Shown here: positions 10,499 through 20,000 of the stretch, one piece after another | Layout: the number at the start of each line of letters is the position of its first letter | Numbering within the stretch: position 1 is the first letter of the stretch | Origin: Kofleriaceae bacterium | Lineage (GTDB): Bacteria > Myxococcota_A > Polyangia > Haliangiales > Haliangiaceae | NCBI GenBank assembly: GCA_046597055.1 | Contig: JBKJLC010000278.1 | Location: 1-64,000 of the forward strand | DNA: 64,000 nucleotides | Reading direction: 5' to 3' | The notes under the pieces: model-generated | What the model was told of the DNA's origin: nothing | Seen by the model: only the letters and a program-made list of their open reading frames with translations | Database searches by the model: none | Translations under genes and position numbers: made by a program

Positions 10499-11329
10499 TC
10501 AGATCTGCTGTCCCCGGCACTGCGACGCTGCGCAGCTCTCCGGGGATAACTTCAGGCACGCGGTACGCGCTACCCGAGCTTCGTCCTTCAGACCTTGTTC
10601 GATACGGGCTTTCATGAGGTAGAGAGCTGCCTCCTGCGACAGACAGGCAGGCTGATCGCTAACTTGCTGAAACTGTTCAGCGGCTTTTTCCCACTCTTCG
10701 CGGGCAAAGTAAACCCGCCCGAGGCGATAAGTTGCCACGCACATGCCGCGCTGGAACTGCAGCGCCTGGCGCAGCTCCTTCGCCGCCGACACATGATCAC
10801 CCTTCAGGAAGTAACTCCAGCCCAGGTGGGCACGGGTCAGTCCCGGCGTCTGCAGTCGCGTTGGATTGGCCAGCGCGGTGGTCAGGGCCTCGATCGCGAC
10901 CTCGTGGTCACCCATGAGGTTGGCGACGATCCCGCGATTGGACCAGGCCTCGCCGAAGTCGGGCGCCAGCGCGGTGGCCTTGTCGAAGTCGACCTGGGCC
11001 TTGCCGAGATGGGTGTCCTGCTCCTTGCCGAGCGCCTCGGCGTCGAGCCCGGTCAGGCAGCCCTCGATCTCGATCAGGCGCTGGATGCCCGCGGCCCGGA
11101 CGTAATGAACGAGGCCGCGGACGTTGTAGGCCTCGTCGTTGGTGGCAAGGAAGGCGATCGCCTTGTTGGCCTCGACCTCGGCGGCCTCGAGCTCGTTCTT
11201 CGACAGGAAGTCTTTGGCCAGCTCGAGCCGGGTCGAGCTGCGGGCGGGATCCCCCTCGGGGCGGGTGCAGGCGGGGCCAGCGGCGCTCCCGAGCAGCCCG
11301 GCGACGATCACCGCGGCCCATCCCCGCAC
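10499..11329 (-). CDS. tgl: TPR lipoprotein, Tgl/PilF (type IV pilus secretin pilotin)-like
   Basis: Signal peptide ending in Cys (AGPAC), TPRs (FGEAWSNRG, AHLGWSYF, YRLGRVYF), Cys-rich C-terminus. Start placed at GTG 11329, downstream of the predicted promoter; exact start uncertain. Confidence 0.65.
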   Translation of the reverse strand: MRGWAAVIVAGLLGSAAGPACTRPEGDPARSSTRLELAKDFLSKNELEAAEVEANKAIAFLATNDEAYNVRGLVHYVRAAGIQRLIEIEGCLTGLDAEALGKEQDTHLGKAQVDFDKATALAPDFGEAWSNRGIVANLMGDHEVAIEALTTALANPTRLQTPGLTRAHLGWSYFLKGDHVSAAKELRQALQFQRGMCVATYRLGRVYFAREEWEKAAEQFQQVSDQPACLSQEAALYLMKARIEQGLKDEARVARTACLKLSPESCAASQCRGQQI

Positions 11330-11391
11330 TGGCGCCGGGCCCGCCGCGGAAATACCCTGCAGTTCTGTACCCTTACATTCCAAGCAGGCGC

Positions 11392-11421
11392 ACTCTAGTT
11401 CGCCCACCACGAGCGTGTCAA
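11392..11421 (-). promoter_or_regulatory. sigma70-type promoter of the tgl-like gene
   Basis: TTGACA (11421-11416), N18, TAGAGT (11397-11392). Confidence 0.6.
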
Positions 11422-11457
11422 CCCCGAGTCCTGGCCCCGCTCGGTACGATCCCGCCT

Positions 11458-12348
11458 GTGTTACAAGGCTGGATGGCGCTACTCGGCCCGCTCGAGCCCA
11501 CCCGCACCATCACCTTCGCCTCCAGCGGCAACGCCACGCTCTACGGCGAGGTGTTCCTCCCGAGCACCGCGCCGAGCGCGGTCGCGCTGGTCGTCCATGG
11601 CTACGCCGAGCACTGCGGCCGCTATCGCGAGGTCGCCCACGCGCTCGTGAAGGCCGGCCTCGCGGTGCTCACGTACGACTATCGCGGCCACGGCCGCGCC
11701 TCGGGTCGGCGCGGCCACATCGAGAGCTGGGGCGAGTACCACGACGACCTCGACGCCGCGCTCGCCGAGGCCCGGCAGCTCGCCCCGCGCCGCCCGCTCC
11801 TGATCGCCTGCCACTCCAATGGTGGGCTGATCACGCTGCGCGCGCTCACCGATGCCTATCGCCGGCCCGCCGTCGCCGCGGTGATCGCGTCGTCGCCATT
11901 CCTCGCGCTGCGCCTGGAGGTGCCGGCATTCAAGGTGTTGCTCGCCCGCGGCATGAGCCGCGTGATGCCCACCTTCTCCCAGAAGAACGAGCTGCGCCCC
12001 CAGGACCTCACCAGTGACCCAGAGCGTCAGGCGGCTCGGGTAGCGGATACGCTGTGCCACGACGTCGCGTCGGCGCGATGGTTCACCGAGGCCATGGCAG
12101 CCCAGGCCCATGTCCGCCGGCAGTTCGCCGAGATCGTGATCCCGACGCTGTGGCTGATCGGCGCCGACGATCCGATCGCCGATCCGAGGGTCGCCGAGCG
12201 GGTGGCACGCGGCGTGCGCGGCTCCGAGGTTCACCTCCTCGAGGGCTTTCGCCACGAGGTCTGGAACGAGCGCGACCGCGCCCACCCGCTGACCCGGCTG
12301 GCGGAGTTTGCCGCCACCCACGCCGGTCAGGCGTCCCGCTCCCACTAG
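11458..12348 (+). CDS. Alpha/beta hydrolase (lysophospholipase/monoacylglycerol lipase family)
   Basis: VHGYAEHCGRY, YDYRGHGRASG, nucleophile elbow CHSNGG, GADDPIAD, FRHEVWNE. Start may be ATG 11473. Confidence 0.9.
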   Translation: MLQGWMALLGPLEPTRTITFASSGNATLYGEVFLPSTAPSAVALVVHGYAEHCGRYREVAHALVKAGLAVLTYDYRGHGRASGRRGHIESWGEYHDDLDAALAEARQLAPRRPLLIACHSNGGLITLRALTDAYRRPAVAAVIASSPFLALRLEVPAFKVLLARGMSRVMPTFSQKNELRPQDLTSDPERQAARVADTLCHDVASARWFTEAMAAQAHVRRQFAEIVIPTLWLIGADDPIADPRVAERVARGVRGSEVHLLEGFRHEVWNERDRAHPLTRLAEFAATHAGQASRSH

Positions 12349-12574
12349 TTACCGACGAGGTGGAGATCACCTCCGGCCGCGTCAGACGAAACGGGTGATT
12401 GCGCTGCCCGGCGGCACCTCTATACTTCGTGCTGGCCGCTCGCTCCGGCGGCCGCTCCTTGACGGCCAGGTCTGCGCACCATCCCGACGGGAGGTGCCGG
12501 CGATCGGTACCAGCGGCTCACCCGGCTGACGGCCGGCGCCGACGGCGCGCAGCACTTCGACCGGAGGTCCCTCG

Positions 12575-13366
12575 ATGTCCCTCCTCGCCTGCATGTGCAA
12601 TCAACCAACGCGCCTCGCCGAGGCGCTCGCCCCGGTGCGCGCGGTGCTCGTCGTGCCGGCGCCGGTCAGCCGGTGGGGTATGAGCTACGTGCAAGGCGGC
12701 GAGGTGTTGCTGTCGCGCACCCCGCGCAGCTCGACCGAGGCGCTCGACTTCTACCCGGCGATCGCCGGCCTCAAGACCGACTGCCTGATCTGCCACGCCG
12801 CCAGCGATGACGACGTGCTGGCAACGGAAAGCACGCAGCCGTTCCGGTTCCGCCGCTGGATGTTCGCGCAAGACGACGCGCCGATGCTGGCGACCGACGT
12901 GTGGACGCGGATCGCCGAGGGCATCCCCGACTTTCTGCGCCGGAACCTGCGCGGCCGCACGATCGCGGAGCTGACGCTCCACGTCTTCCTGGCGAAGCTG
13001 CACGACCAGAGCATGCTCGACGACCCGGCGGTCTCGCTGGCGGTCGTGAAGCGCGCGCTGACCGCCGCGATCGATCAGGTGACGTCGGGCCTGGCCAGCG
13101 CCGGGCGCACCGCACGGGTCGGCAACCTGGCGGCGTCGGACAGCCGCTCGATCTCGGTGGTGCGGCTCGACGGGGGCGCACCGCTGTACTTGCGGCGCCT
13201 GCACGTCTTCGACGACCGCGGCGCCCGCGACGACTCGTTCCGCGGTGTGCTGGTGCTGTCCGGCCCGCAGCCGGCGGGCGAAGGCGCCGAGGAGGTGCCA
13301 GCCGGCTCCATCGTGACCATCAGCCGCGATCTGCGCGTCGACATCGCGCCGCTCGGCGGCAGCTGA
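12575..13366 (+). CDS. Class II glutamine amidotransferase-like (Ntn hydrolase, EgtC/YafJ-like) protein, atypical N-terminus
   Basis: WGMSYVQGGEVLL, TQPFRFRRWMFA, RRNLRGRT; GGAGG RBS upstream. Confidence 0.7.
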   Translation: MSLLACMCNQPTRLAEALAPVRAVLVVPAPVSRWGMSYVQGGEVLLSRTPRSSTEALDFYPAIAGLKTDCLICHAASDDDVLATESTQPFRFRRWMFAQDDAPMLATDVWTRIAEGIPDFLRRNLRGRTIAELTLHVFLAKLHDQSMLDDPAVSLAVVKRALTAAIDQVTSGLASAGRTARVGNLAASDSRSISVVRLDGGAPLYLRRLHVFDDRGARDDSFRGVLVLSGPQPAGEGAEEVPAGSIVTISRDLRVDIAPLGGS

Positions 13367-13422
13367 CCTCCTGGGCGGTCGCCGCGGCCCGGATTGGATG
13401 TGGGCGGACGTCGCGGGCCTGG

Positions 13423-14799
13423 CTAGCGCGCCAGCTCGTACGCGTCGACCCGGCCGCCCTTGAGGGCCTTCTTGCCGGCCGGGGCGCTGGCCGCCGGCGA
13501 GCTGGCGAAGCTGCGCTGGGTTCTCGCGGTCACGGCTTCGATCTCCTGGCCGAGCATGGGGTCACCGAGCTCGTGGGCGATCGTCGCGGCCTCGGCGGCC
13601 CGCGCGCGCAGGATCGTCTCGGCCTGGGCGGCGCTGCCGCTGGCGTAGGCGGTCGACGCCTCCTCGAGTGCCCGCGCGGTCTTGGCGCGCTCGACCAACC
13701 ACACGGTGTCCTGGTCGCGGCCGGCCGCGATCGCCAGCGCGTCGGAGGTCACCTCGGCGCGCGCGACCGCGGTCTCGGTCCGGGCGCCACGACCGAGCTC
13801 CTCGAAGGTCCAGCGGACCTCCGCGAGCTCCTTGACCGTCTCGGCGCCGACCGTGGCCCGGATCCGCAGCACGACCTTGGTGCGCGCGCCGCGGCGCAGA
13901 TCGCCGACCGGGATCACCACCGCGCGCCCGTCGCGGTCGAGCTGATAGCCGATCACGTCCAGGATCTCGATGCCGTCGGCCGGCTCGATCCGCAGGCTGC
14001 CGCTGGTGAGGATCGTCTCGCCAAGGCTGCCCAGCTCGGCCACGAACAGCGGGCCGAGGTCGTGGGCATGCTCGACGAAGTGGTAGTTGCCGCGCCCCGC
14101 GATCGCGATGCCCGCCATGATCTCCTCGTCGAACTCGAGGCCGACGCCGACCGTGGTGATCGAGATCCCCTGCGCGGCGCGGCGCGACGCCAGCGGGATC
14201 AGCCGGGGCCGATCGGCCGGCTCGGCCTGACCATCGCTGATGAGCACCATGCGGCGGAGCGAGCCGCGCGAGCGGACCAGCTCGTCGGCACCGGCCATGA
14301 GCCCGGCCGGGATGTTGGTGCCGCCCTCGGCGTACAGGCGCTCGATCGTGGCCCGAGCCCGGGCGCGGACCTCGGGGGTCGCGGCCTGCAGCGGGACGAT
14401 CAGCTCCGCGATCGTCGAGTAGCTGACCACCGCGAGCTCGTCGCGCGGGCCGAGCTGATCGATCAGGACGGCGGCGGCGGCCTTGGCGTCCACCAGTGCC
14501 TGCCCTTCCATCGAGCCCGAGTGGTCGAGCACGATCGCGACCGAGGTCGGGGCCCGCTCGGTCACCTGGCCACCGGGCGCCGTCAGCGACACCGCGAGGT
14601 AGGTCTGCGAGGTGCCGCGCAGGATATGGCTCGAGTCGAGGCGCGCCGACAGGAGCGCCGAGGCCGGACCCGCCGGCGGCCGGGCCGCCTTGCGCGGGCT
14701 CAAGAACGCGACCGCCGCCAGCGCGGTGGCGGCGGTGATGATGGCAGCGGCAGTCCGCCAGCGATGAGAACGGGCGACGGACGCGGGCGCGGAGCTCAT
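13423..14799 (-). CDS. Membrane-anchored/exported VWA domain protein
   Basis: MIDAS motif LDHSGSM, GGTNI, LISDGQ, TTVGVG-FDEE-M-IA-GRGNYHF; hydrophobic N-terminal segment. Confidence 0.9.
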   Translation of the reverse strand: MSSAPASVARSHRWRTAAAIITAATALAAVAFLSPRKAARPPAGPASALLSARLDSSHILRGTSQTYLAVSLTAPGGQVTERAPTSVAIVLDHSGSMEGQALVDAKAAAAVLIDQLGPRDELAVVSYSTIAELIVPLQAATPEVRARARATIERLYAEGGTNIPAGLMAGADELVRSRGSLRRMVLISDGQAEPADRPRLIPLASRRAAQGISITTVGVGLEFDEEIMAGIAIAGRGNYHFVEHAHDLGPLFVAELGSLGETILTSGSLRIEPADGIEILDVIGYQLDRDGRAVVIPVGDLRRGARTKVVLRIRATVGAETVKELAEVRWTFEELGRGARTETAVARAEVTSDALAIAAGRDQDTVWLVERAKTARALEEASTAYASGSAAQAETILRARAAEAATIAHELGDPMLGQEIEAVTARTQRSFASSPAASAPAGKKALKGGRVDAYELAR

Positions 14800-14890
14800 G
14801 GCTGGGTCAAACGCACGCCTCGCCTCTCGGGATCTATCGGGCCGGACCGAAGCGAGATCAGTGCGTTATGACGCGTCGCAACATCCGCAG

Positions 14891-14919
14891 TTGACACGTC
14901 GCGTTACCGGGCGTAATGC
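14891..14919 (+). promoter_or_regulatory. TetR gene promoter with overlapping palindrome (candidate operator)
   Basis: TTGACA at 14891-14896; imperfect inverted repeat gcgttac-cgggc-gtaatgc at 14901-14919. Confidence 0.45.
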
Positions 14920-14927
14920 TCTGCGTC

Positions 14928-15566
14928 ATGATGACAGCTCAGGATCGCAAGCGTCAAGAGCGCCAGGCCCGCCGTCGCCGCATCCAGGACGCGGCACGAC
15001 CCGTGTTCATCGAGCGTGGGTTCGCCCGCGCCTCGATCGAGCAGATCGCCAAGCAGGCCCAGCTCTCCGTTGGAGCCATCTACCTGTACTTCCAGTCAAA
15101 GGAGGACCTCTATGTGTCCCTCCTCGAGACCTCGCTGGTCGAGCTGGATGTCGGGCTTGTCGAGGTGCGCAAGGGCGACGCCCGGGCGCGGCTTGCCCAG
15201 GTCTGGAGCGGCCTCAGCGCGTGGGTGGATGCGGAGCCCGAGATGGCGCGCGCCCTCGCGATGCAGAGTCAGCCGGGCCTTCGCGCTCAGCTCTCTGACG
15301 AGGTCGCGACCGGCATCGCCGGCGTGATCGGTCGGCTCCGGGAGCACCTGGGCGCGAGCGTTGCGGACGGGATTCACGCGGGCGCGTTCCGGTCGGTCAG
15401 CCCGGCCGAGGTCGCCGACCTGCTGTGGACCGCGTTCATCGGCAGCCTCGCCCAGGACGGCGTTGCCACCAACCTCGCCCTCGCGACCGCCCAGCGCGTG
15501 ACCCTCTTCGCCTGCGTCGAAGCCGGGCTTCGCGCCGCCGAAATGGCCTACCGCCAGGCGGCGTGA
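14928..15566 (+). CDS. TetR/AcrR family transcriptional regulator
   Basis: RRRIQDAARPVFIERGFARASIEQIAKQAQLSVGAIYLYFQSKEDLY HTH. Confidence 0.95.
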   Translation: MMTAQDRKRQERQARRRRIQDAARPVFIERGFARASIEQIAKQAQLSVGAIYLYFQSKEDLYVSLLETSLVELDVGLVEVRKGDARARLAQVWSGLSAWVDAEPEMARALAMQSQPGLRAQLSDEVATGIAGVIGRLREHLGASVADGIHAGAFRSVSPAEVADLLWTAFIGSLAQDGVATNLALATAQRVTLFACVEAGLRAAEMAYRQAA

Positions 15567-15619
15567 AACCGGGCTGCGGCGCTCGTCTGCGTCGTTGCCT
15601 CGGTTTCACGCTCGCCTGG
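15554..15619. terminator. Long hairpin between convergent tetR and fadL-like genes
   Basis: ccaggcggcgtgaaaccg (15554-15571) is complementary to cggtttcacgctcgcctgg (15601-15619). Confidence 0.55.
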
Positions 15620-15629
15620 GGCGCCTCGT

Positions 15630-16991
15630 TCATAGCGAGCGCGAGAGGCCGAGGCCGATCAAGAGCCACGAGGAGCTGTAGTCGCCCCAGTTGACGAAGG
15701 TCGTCAGGGGCATGGTCGAGGTGTCGCGGATCGGGTTGAGCTGCGGTGCCTGGCCCACGGTCGGGTCGACGCGGCGATCGGACATGGCGGCATAGCCGGC
15801 GACGGCGTCGAAGGTCCACGAGCCGGCGTGCACGCTCGCGCCGGCGGCGAACAGGTGTTTCTGGCCATCGACGGTGAGCACCGACAGGTACTCGTCAGGC
15901 GGTGCGCCGGTCTCGAACGCGTAACCCGCGCGCAGCTGCAGCCGGTCGCCGAGCGCACGCTCGACGCCGAGGTGCACCGCGTAGGTGTCCTTGAAGTTGC
16001 GCGGCACCGTCATCGGCCCGAGCTCGTACGTGCCGACCCCGGGCGCGTTGACGATGCGCACGCCCTTGGGCTCGATGCGCATCGCGTCGTGCTGCGACCA
16101 CAGCTGGATCGTGGTCGCCAGCTCGACCCGCCACCGCCCCGGGCGGTACTCGACGCCGGCGCGGATCTCCGCCGGTAGATCGAAGGAAATGTCGGCGCGG
16201 TCGCCCTCGACGGTCGCGCCGTCAAAGAAGCCGGACGTCGGCAGCCGCGTGTGCAGCTTGCCCTGACCGCGGAACCACACCGGCAGCTGCAGGGACGCGC
16301 CCAGCGTCACGGTGCTGGCGGCGTCGTACTGGATGCCGACCGAGCCTGACGGGTTGAAGAAGTCGTCTTGATCGACCCGGCTGACCGAGTCGAACTCGGG
16401 GTCCTCGGGCGCGCAGGTGGTCTGCCCCGGGCACCCCGACAGGACGATCTCGTTCTGCAGCGCGGTGACGTGGTTCTGGATGGTGACGCCGACCCGCAGC
16501 TTGCGGCCGAGCCGCATCCCGACCCCGGCACCCAGGGTCGCGATGATCGACTTCGAGAGATCGACCGACGAGTAGCGCTGGGGGCCCTCGAGGCCGAACT
16601 TGGCCAGGCCGGCGTACGGGGCCCACACGCCAAGCGCCAGTACGCTGGTGTCGTTGAGCGGCCGGGCGTACCCGAGCGATGGCACCGGGAGGCCGGGCGC
16701 CTCGTTCTCGACGGTGGGCTGGAGGTTGCCACCCGAGTCGATCCGATCGTACGAGATGCCCTGGTGGACGAAGGTCGCGTCGACCAGCGCGGCCGCGGCG
16801 CGCAGGTGCCCGAGCCCGGCCGGGTTGAAGTACAGCGACGACAGATCGTCGGCGCCGGCGACGAACGCGCCACCGCGACCGGTGGGTCGCACGCCCCGGG
16901 TCGGCAGGTACATGCCGCCGGCGTGGGCGTCGGCGAGGGGCGCAGCCAGGGTGGACAGCGCGATCGCGCTGGCGAACAGACGAGCTTTCAC
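15630..16991 (-). CDS. FadL/OmpP1/TodX family outer-membrane transporter
   Basis: Signal peptide (AHA-GG), GRGGAFVAGADDLSSLYFNPAGL hatch motif, WAPYAG, LRAGYAFE; GGA-like RBS absent but GTG start 21 nt after the upstream stop. Confidence 0.88.
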   Translation of the reverse strand: MKARLFASAIALSTLAAPLADAHAGGMYLPTRGVRPTGRGGAFVAGADDLSSLYFNPAGLGHLRAAAALVDATFVHQGISYDRIDSGGNLQPTVENEAPGLPVPSLGYARPLNDTSVLALGVWAPYAGLAKFGLEGPQRYSSVDLSKSIIATLGAGVGMRLGRKLRVGVTIQNHVTALQNEIVLSGCPGQTTCAPEDPEFDSVSRVDQDDFFNPSGSVGIQYDAASTVTLGASLQLPVWFRGQGKLHTRLPTSGFFDGATVEGDRADISFDLPAEIRAGVEYRPGRWRVELATTIQLWSQHDAMRIEPKGVRIVNAPGVGTYELGPMTVPRNFKDTYAVHLGVERALGDRLQLRAGYAFETGAPPDEYLSVLTVDGQKHLFAAGASVHAGSWTFDAVAGYAAMSDRRVDPTVGQAPQLNPIRDTSTMPLTTFVNWGDYSSSWLLIGLGLSRSL

Positions 16992-17011
16992 GGGAGATCC
17001 TGAGCGCGCGG

Positions 17012-20000
17012 TCACAGGTTGCGCGACTTGATGATCGAGATGAACTTGCGGAGGCCGCGCTTCTCCTCGTCGAGGAAGTCGGCGACGCCGGTCAGGGTCG
17101 CGCGGTAGTCGGCCGCGGTGTAGCGGGCGCCGAGCTCCTCGTACGGGCGAGCCCGCAGCACCTCGGACAGGCCATCGATCAGGTCGCCGACCGCGGTGTG
17201 ACCGGGTCGGTGCTCGACGTAGAGGTTGACCAGCATGCGCGCGAGCGCCTGGTTGGCGTCGCTGGCCCGGGCGTCGCGGACGAACAGGAGCTGGGCCTCG
17301 AGCCAGCCGCGCTCGGGCCGGATCATCTCGCCGATGACATGCGCGATCGGGACCAGGTCGCGGTCGTCGAGCGCGATCTGCGCGATGTCGGCCATCGCGG
17401 TGAGCGAGGTGACGAACGACTGTGACGAGCTCGCCTCGTCGACCAGGTACTGCATGAGCTGCTCGAGGTGGGCGCGGGTCTCCGGGGTCGCCTGCAGCGA
17501 CAGCACGAAGTCGGCGGCGCCGGCGAACACCGGGCTGGTCAGCACCTCCTCGAGATCGGCCGGGAGCTGCTGCGACAGCCAGGCCGCACGGTCGCCGGCG
17601 GTGTCGTGGGCACGCAGGCGGTTCTCGATCAGATCGATCAGGGCCGAGCTGACGCCGCGCATGCGCGGGTTGCGGAACCGCCAGCCCTGCTGCGGCACGT
17701 CGATGCCGCGGGTCAGGACGTCGACGACCTCGCTGATCGAGTCGGTCCAGGCCTCGCCCTCGGCGCCGGCCATCGCCATGCGCGCGGTCTTGCGCTTGTA
17801 GCCGTCGGCCAGGAGGTGCCACGGCGTCAGCTGGGTGACCATCCGGCCGTCGGAGGTGGTGGTCGCGGCGCGGCCCTGGCGGTCGGCGAGGCCGGCCTGC
17901 GGGGTGAACAGGTAGCGCGCGGCGACCCGCACGATCTCCTCGTACGTCTTGCCGTTGGCGGTCACCGCGTTGAGCCGCGGCGCGGTCGCGGTGAGCGCGC
18001 CCATGAGCGTGCCGTCGGCCAGCACGTCGGCCATCAGCGGCTCGTAGGTCATCCCGCCGGAGCCGAACACGTAGCCCGGCGAGGTCGGGCTGGTCGACTG
18101 GTGGTTCACCGACCGGAGGGTCGGCCAGTGCTTGTGAAGCACGACCAGCATGTCGACGAACAGCTGCTCGGCGTTGTTGTCGGCGAACGCCTGCACGACC
18201 GGGCGGATCTGGTCGTAGAAGCCGTCCTTCTCCCACACCGGCAGGGTGCCGGCGTGCTGCGCCGAGTAGAGGTCGCCGTCGCGGTCGCGGAGCGGCTCGA
18301 TGATGTTGAGCAGGTACGCGGGCGTCGGGCTGAGGAACAGCACCCGGTTGAGCGCTTCCGGGGTCGGGTGGGTGCGCATCCCGGCGATCCCGACCTGACC
18401 CTCGATGAAGTCGTCGCCGCCGATGAGGTCGACCGCGCCCTGCACCAGGCCACCCCAGTTGTAGTTGAAGTTGGCCTTGGGCCGGGGCCGGCGCCCCTGG
18501 CTGACACAGCCCTCGGGGGTCGCCGCGGTCGTGGTCGAGTCGAACGCGCCGGCGTCGGTCTCGCAGACGTACTGGGTGCCGCTCTTGGCGTAGGCGATCG
18601 ACTGGACGTAGAAGGTCGCCAGGTTGTCGACGCGGAAGAGCGCGCACTCGTTGTAGGTGGCCAGCGGGATGACGCCGGTGACCGGATCCAGCACCCGGGC
18701 GCCCTGCTTGTTGCAGGCGCGGGCGCCGTTGGAGTCAGCGATCGTGTGGAGGATGCGCTGAAAGATCGACCGATTGAACGCGTTGTCGGCCGCGGTCCGG
18801 TCGACCATCGTCACGAAGGCGCCGACCACCGCCTGGTTCTGCGCGCTGATGTCGAAGCGGTCCTTGTAGACCATGAACTTGCGGAACCGCTCGCCGAGCA
18901 GCGCGGTCTCGGGCCGCTCCATCGCGGTCATGAGCGCCTGCACCAGGGCGGGCCGGTCGAGGATCGCCTTGATCACCGGCGTGAGGTCGTCCCACAGCGG
19001 CGCGCCCGGCGCGATCACGGCCTCGGGGTGGTCGTCACCCTTGCGGGCGGCGGCCACCACCGCCTCGGCGAGCCGGGCCGCCTCGGCGTCGTGGGTCTGC
19101 ATCAACGTGCGGGCGAGCGCCAGCGTGTCGTAGATGGCCGGGTCCCGCAGCAGCTGCAGGTAGCCGTAGGTCATGTCGAGCAGCGGCGACTCGTCGGTGT
19201 TGTAGCCGCGATAGGTCAGGCTCTCGCCGCCGGGATAGACCTTGGTCGCTTCCTCGCGGGCGCCGACCAGCGCCGAGGCGCCGCGCATCAGATCGAACGC
19301 GGTGCCCTTCTGCGGGTCGAACAGCTGCAGGCTGTCGCGCGCGAGCGCCGCCATCACCGTCTTGTCGAGGTCAACGTACTGGTAGATCAGCGCGCCGCCC
19401 TCGGCGGTCAGCGCGCGGCCGAGCGGATCGCGGAACTGCCACGGGGTCGCCGTGACGTCGTCGGGCAGCGTGAACGGCGCCGGCGCCTCGACCGCCGCGC
19501 CGGTGCTGTCGACGAACCGACCCAGCGCGTCGATGTCGGCCAGGCCGTCGGTGTTGGCATCGACGAACGGCGCCGGCAGCGCGCCGCCCGGGCGCAGGAC
19601 CTGGACCACGCCGCGGGCATCGCGGGTCGCCAGCGGGACCTGCATGGTCGTGCCGAGCAGCGTGCGCTCGCGCAGCAAGAAGTCGAGCGCGATGCGCAGC
19701 GTGCGATTGGCCGAGGTCGGGTCGTCGGGGGCCTCGGCGTTCCGCATCGAGATGCCGACCGCGTCGACCAGGTTCTCCCACTCGCCGCGGGCCGCGCCGC
19801 CGGGCGTGATCGCGGTGGTGAAGGTGAGGACGAGATCGTGGAGCTCGGGGTAGTTGACCAGCGCGCGCACCGCGCCGAGCGCGGGCGTCAGCGGCCGGTA
19901 GCCGAGGCGGTGGCCGAGCCGCTCGAGCGACGCCATCGCGGGATCGTCGGCGGCGAGGAATCGGAGCGTCGCGATCAGCGAGTCGATCGCGGTGGTCGCG

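Noticed and set aside
12421..12574. glmS ribozyme upstream of a GATase-II-like gene
   Set aside because: No recognisable ribozyme core, and the gene lacks the GlmS SIS domains.
15630..18647. Apparent 1005-aa FadL fusion
   Set aside because: The N-terminal ~550 aa is an Arg/Pro-rich off-frame read of the lipoprotein gene. The real signal peptide starts at GTG 16991.
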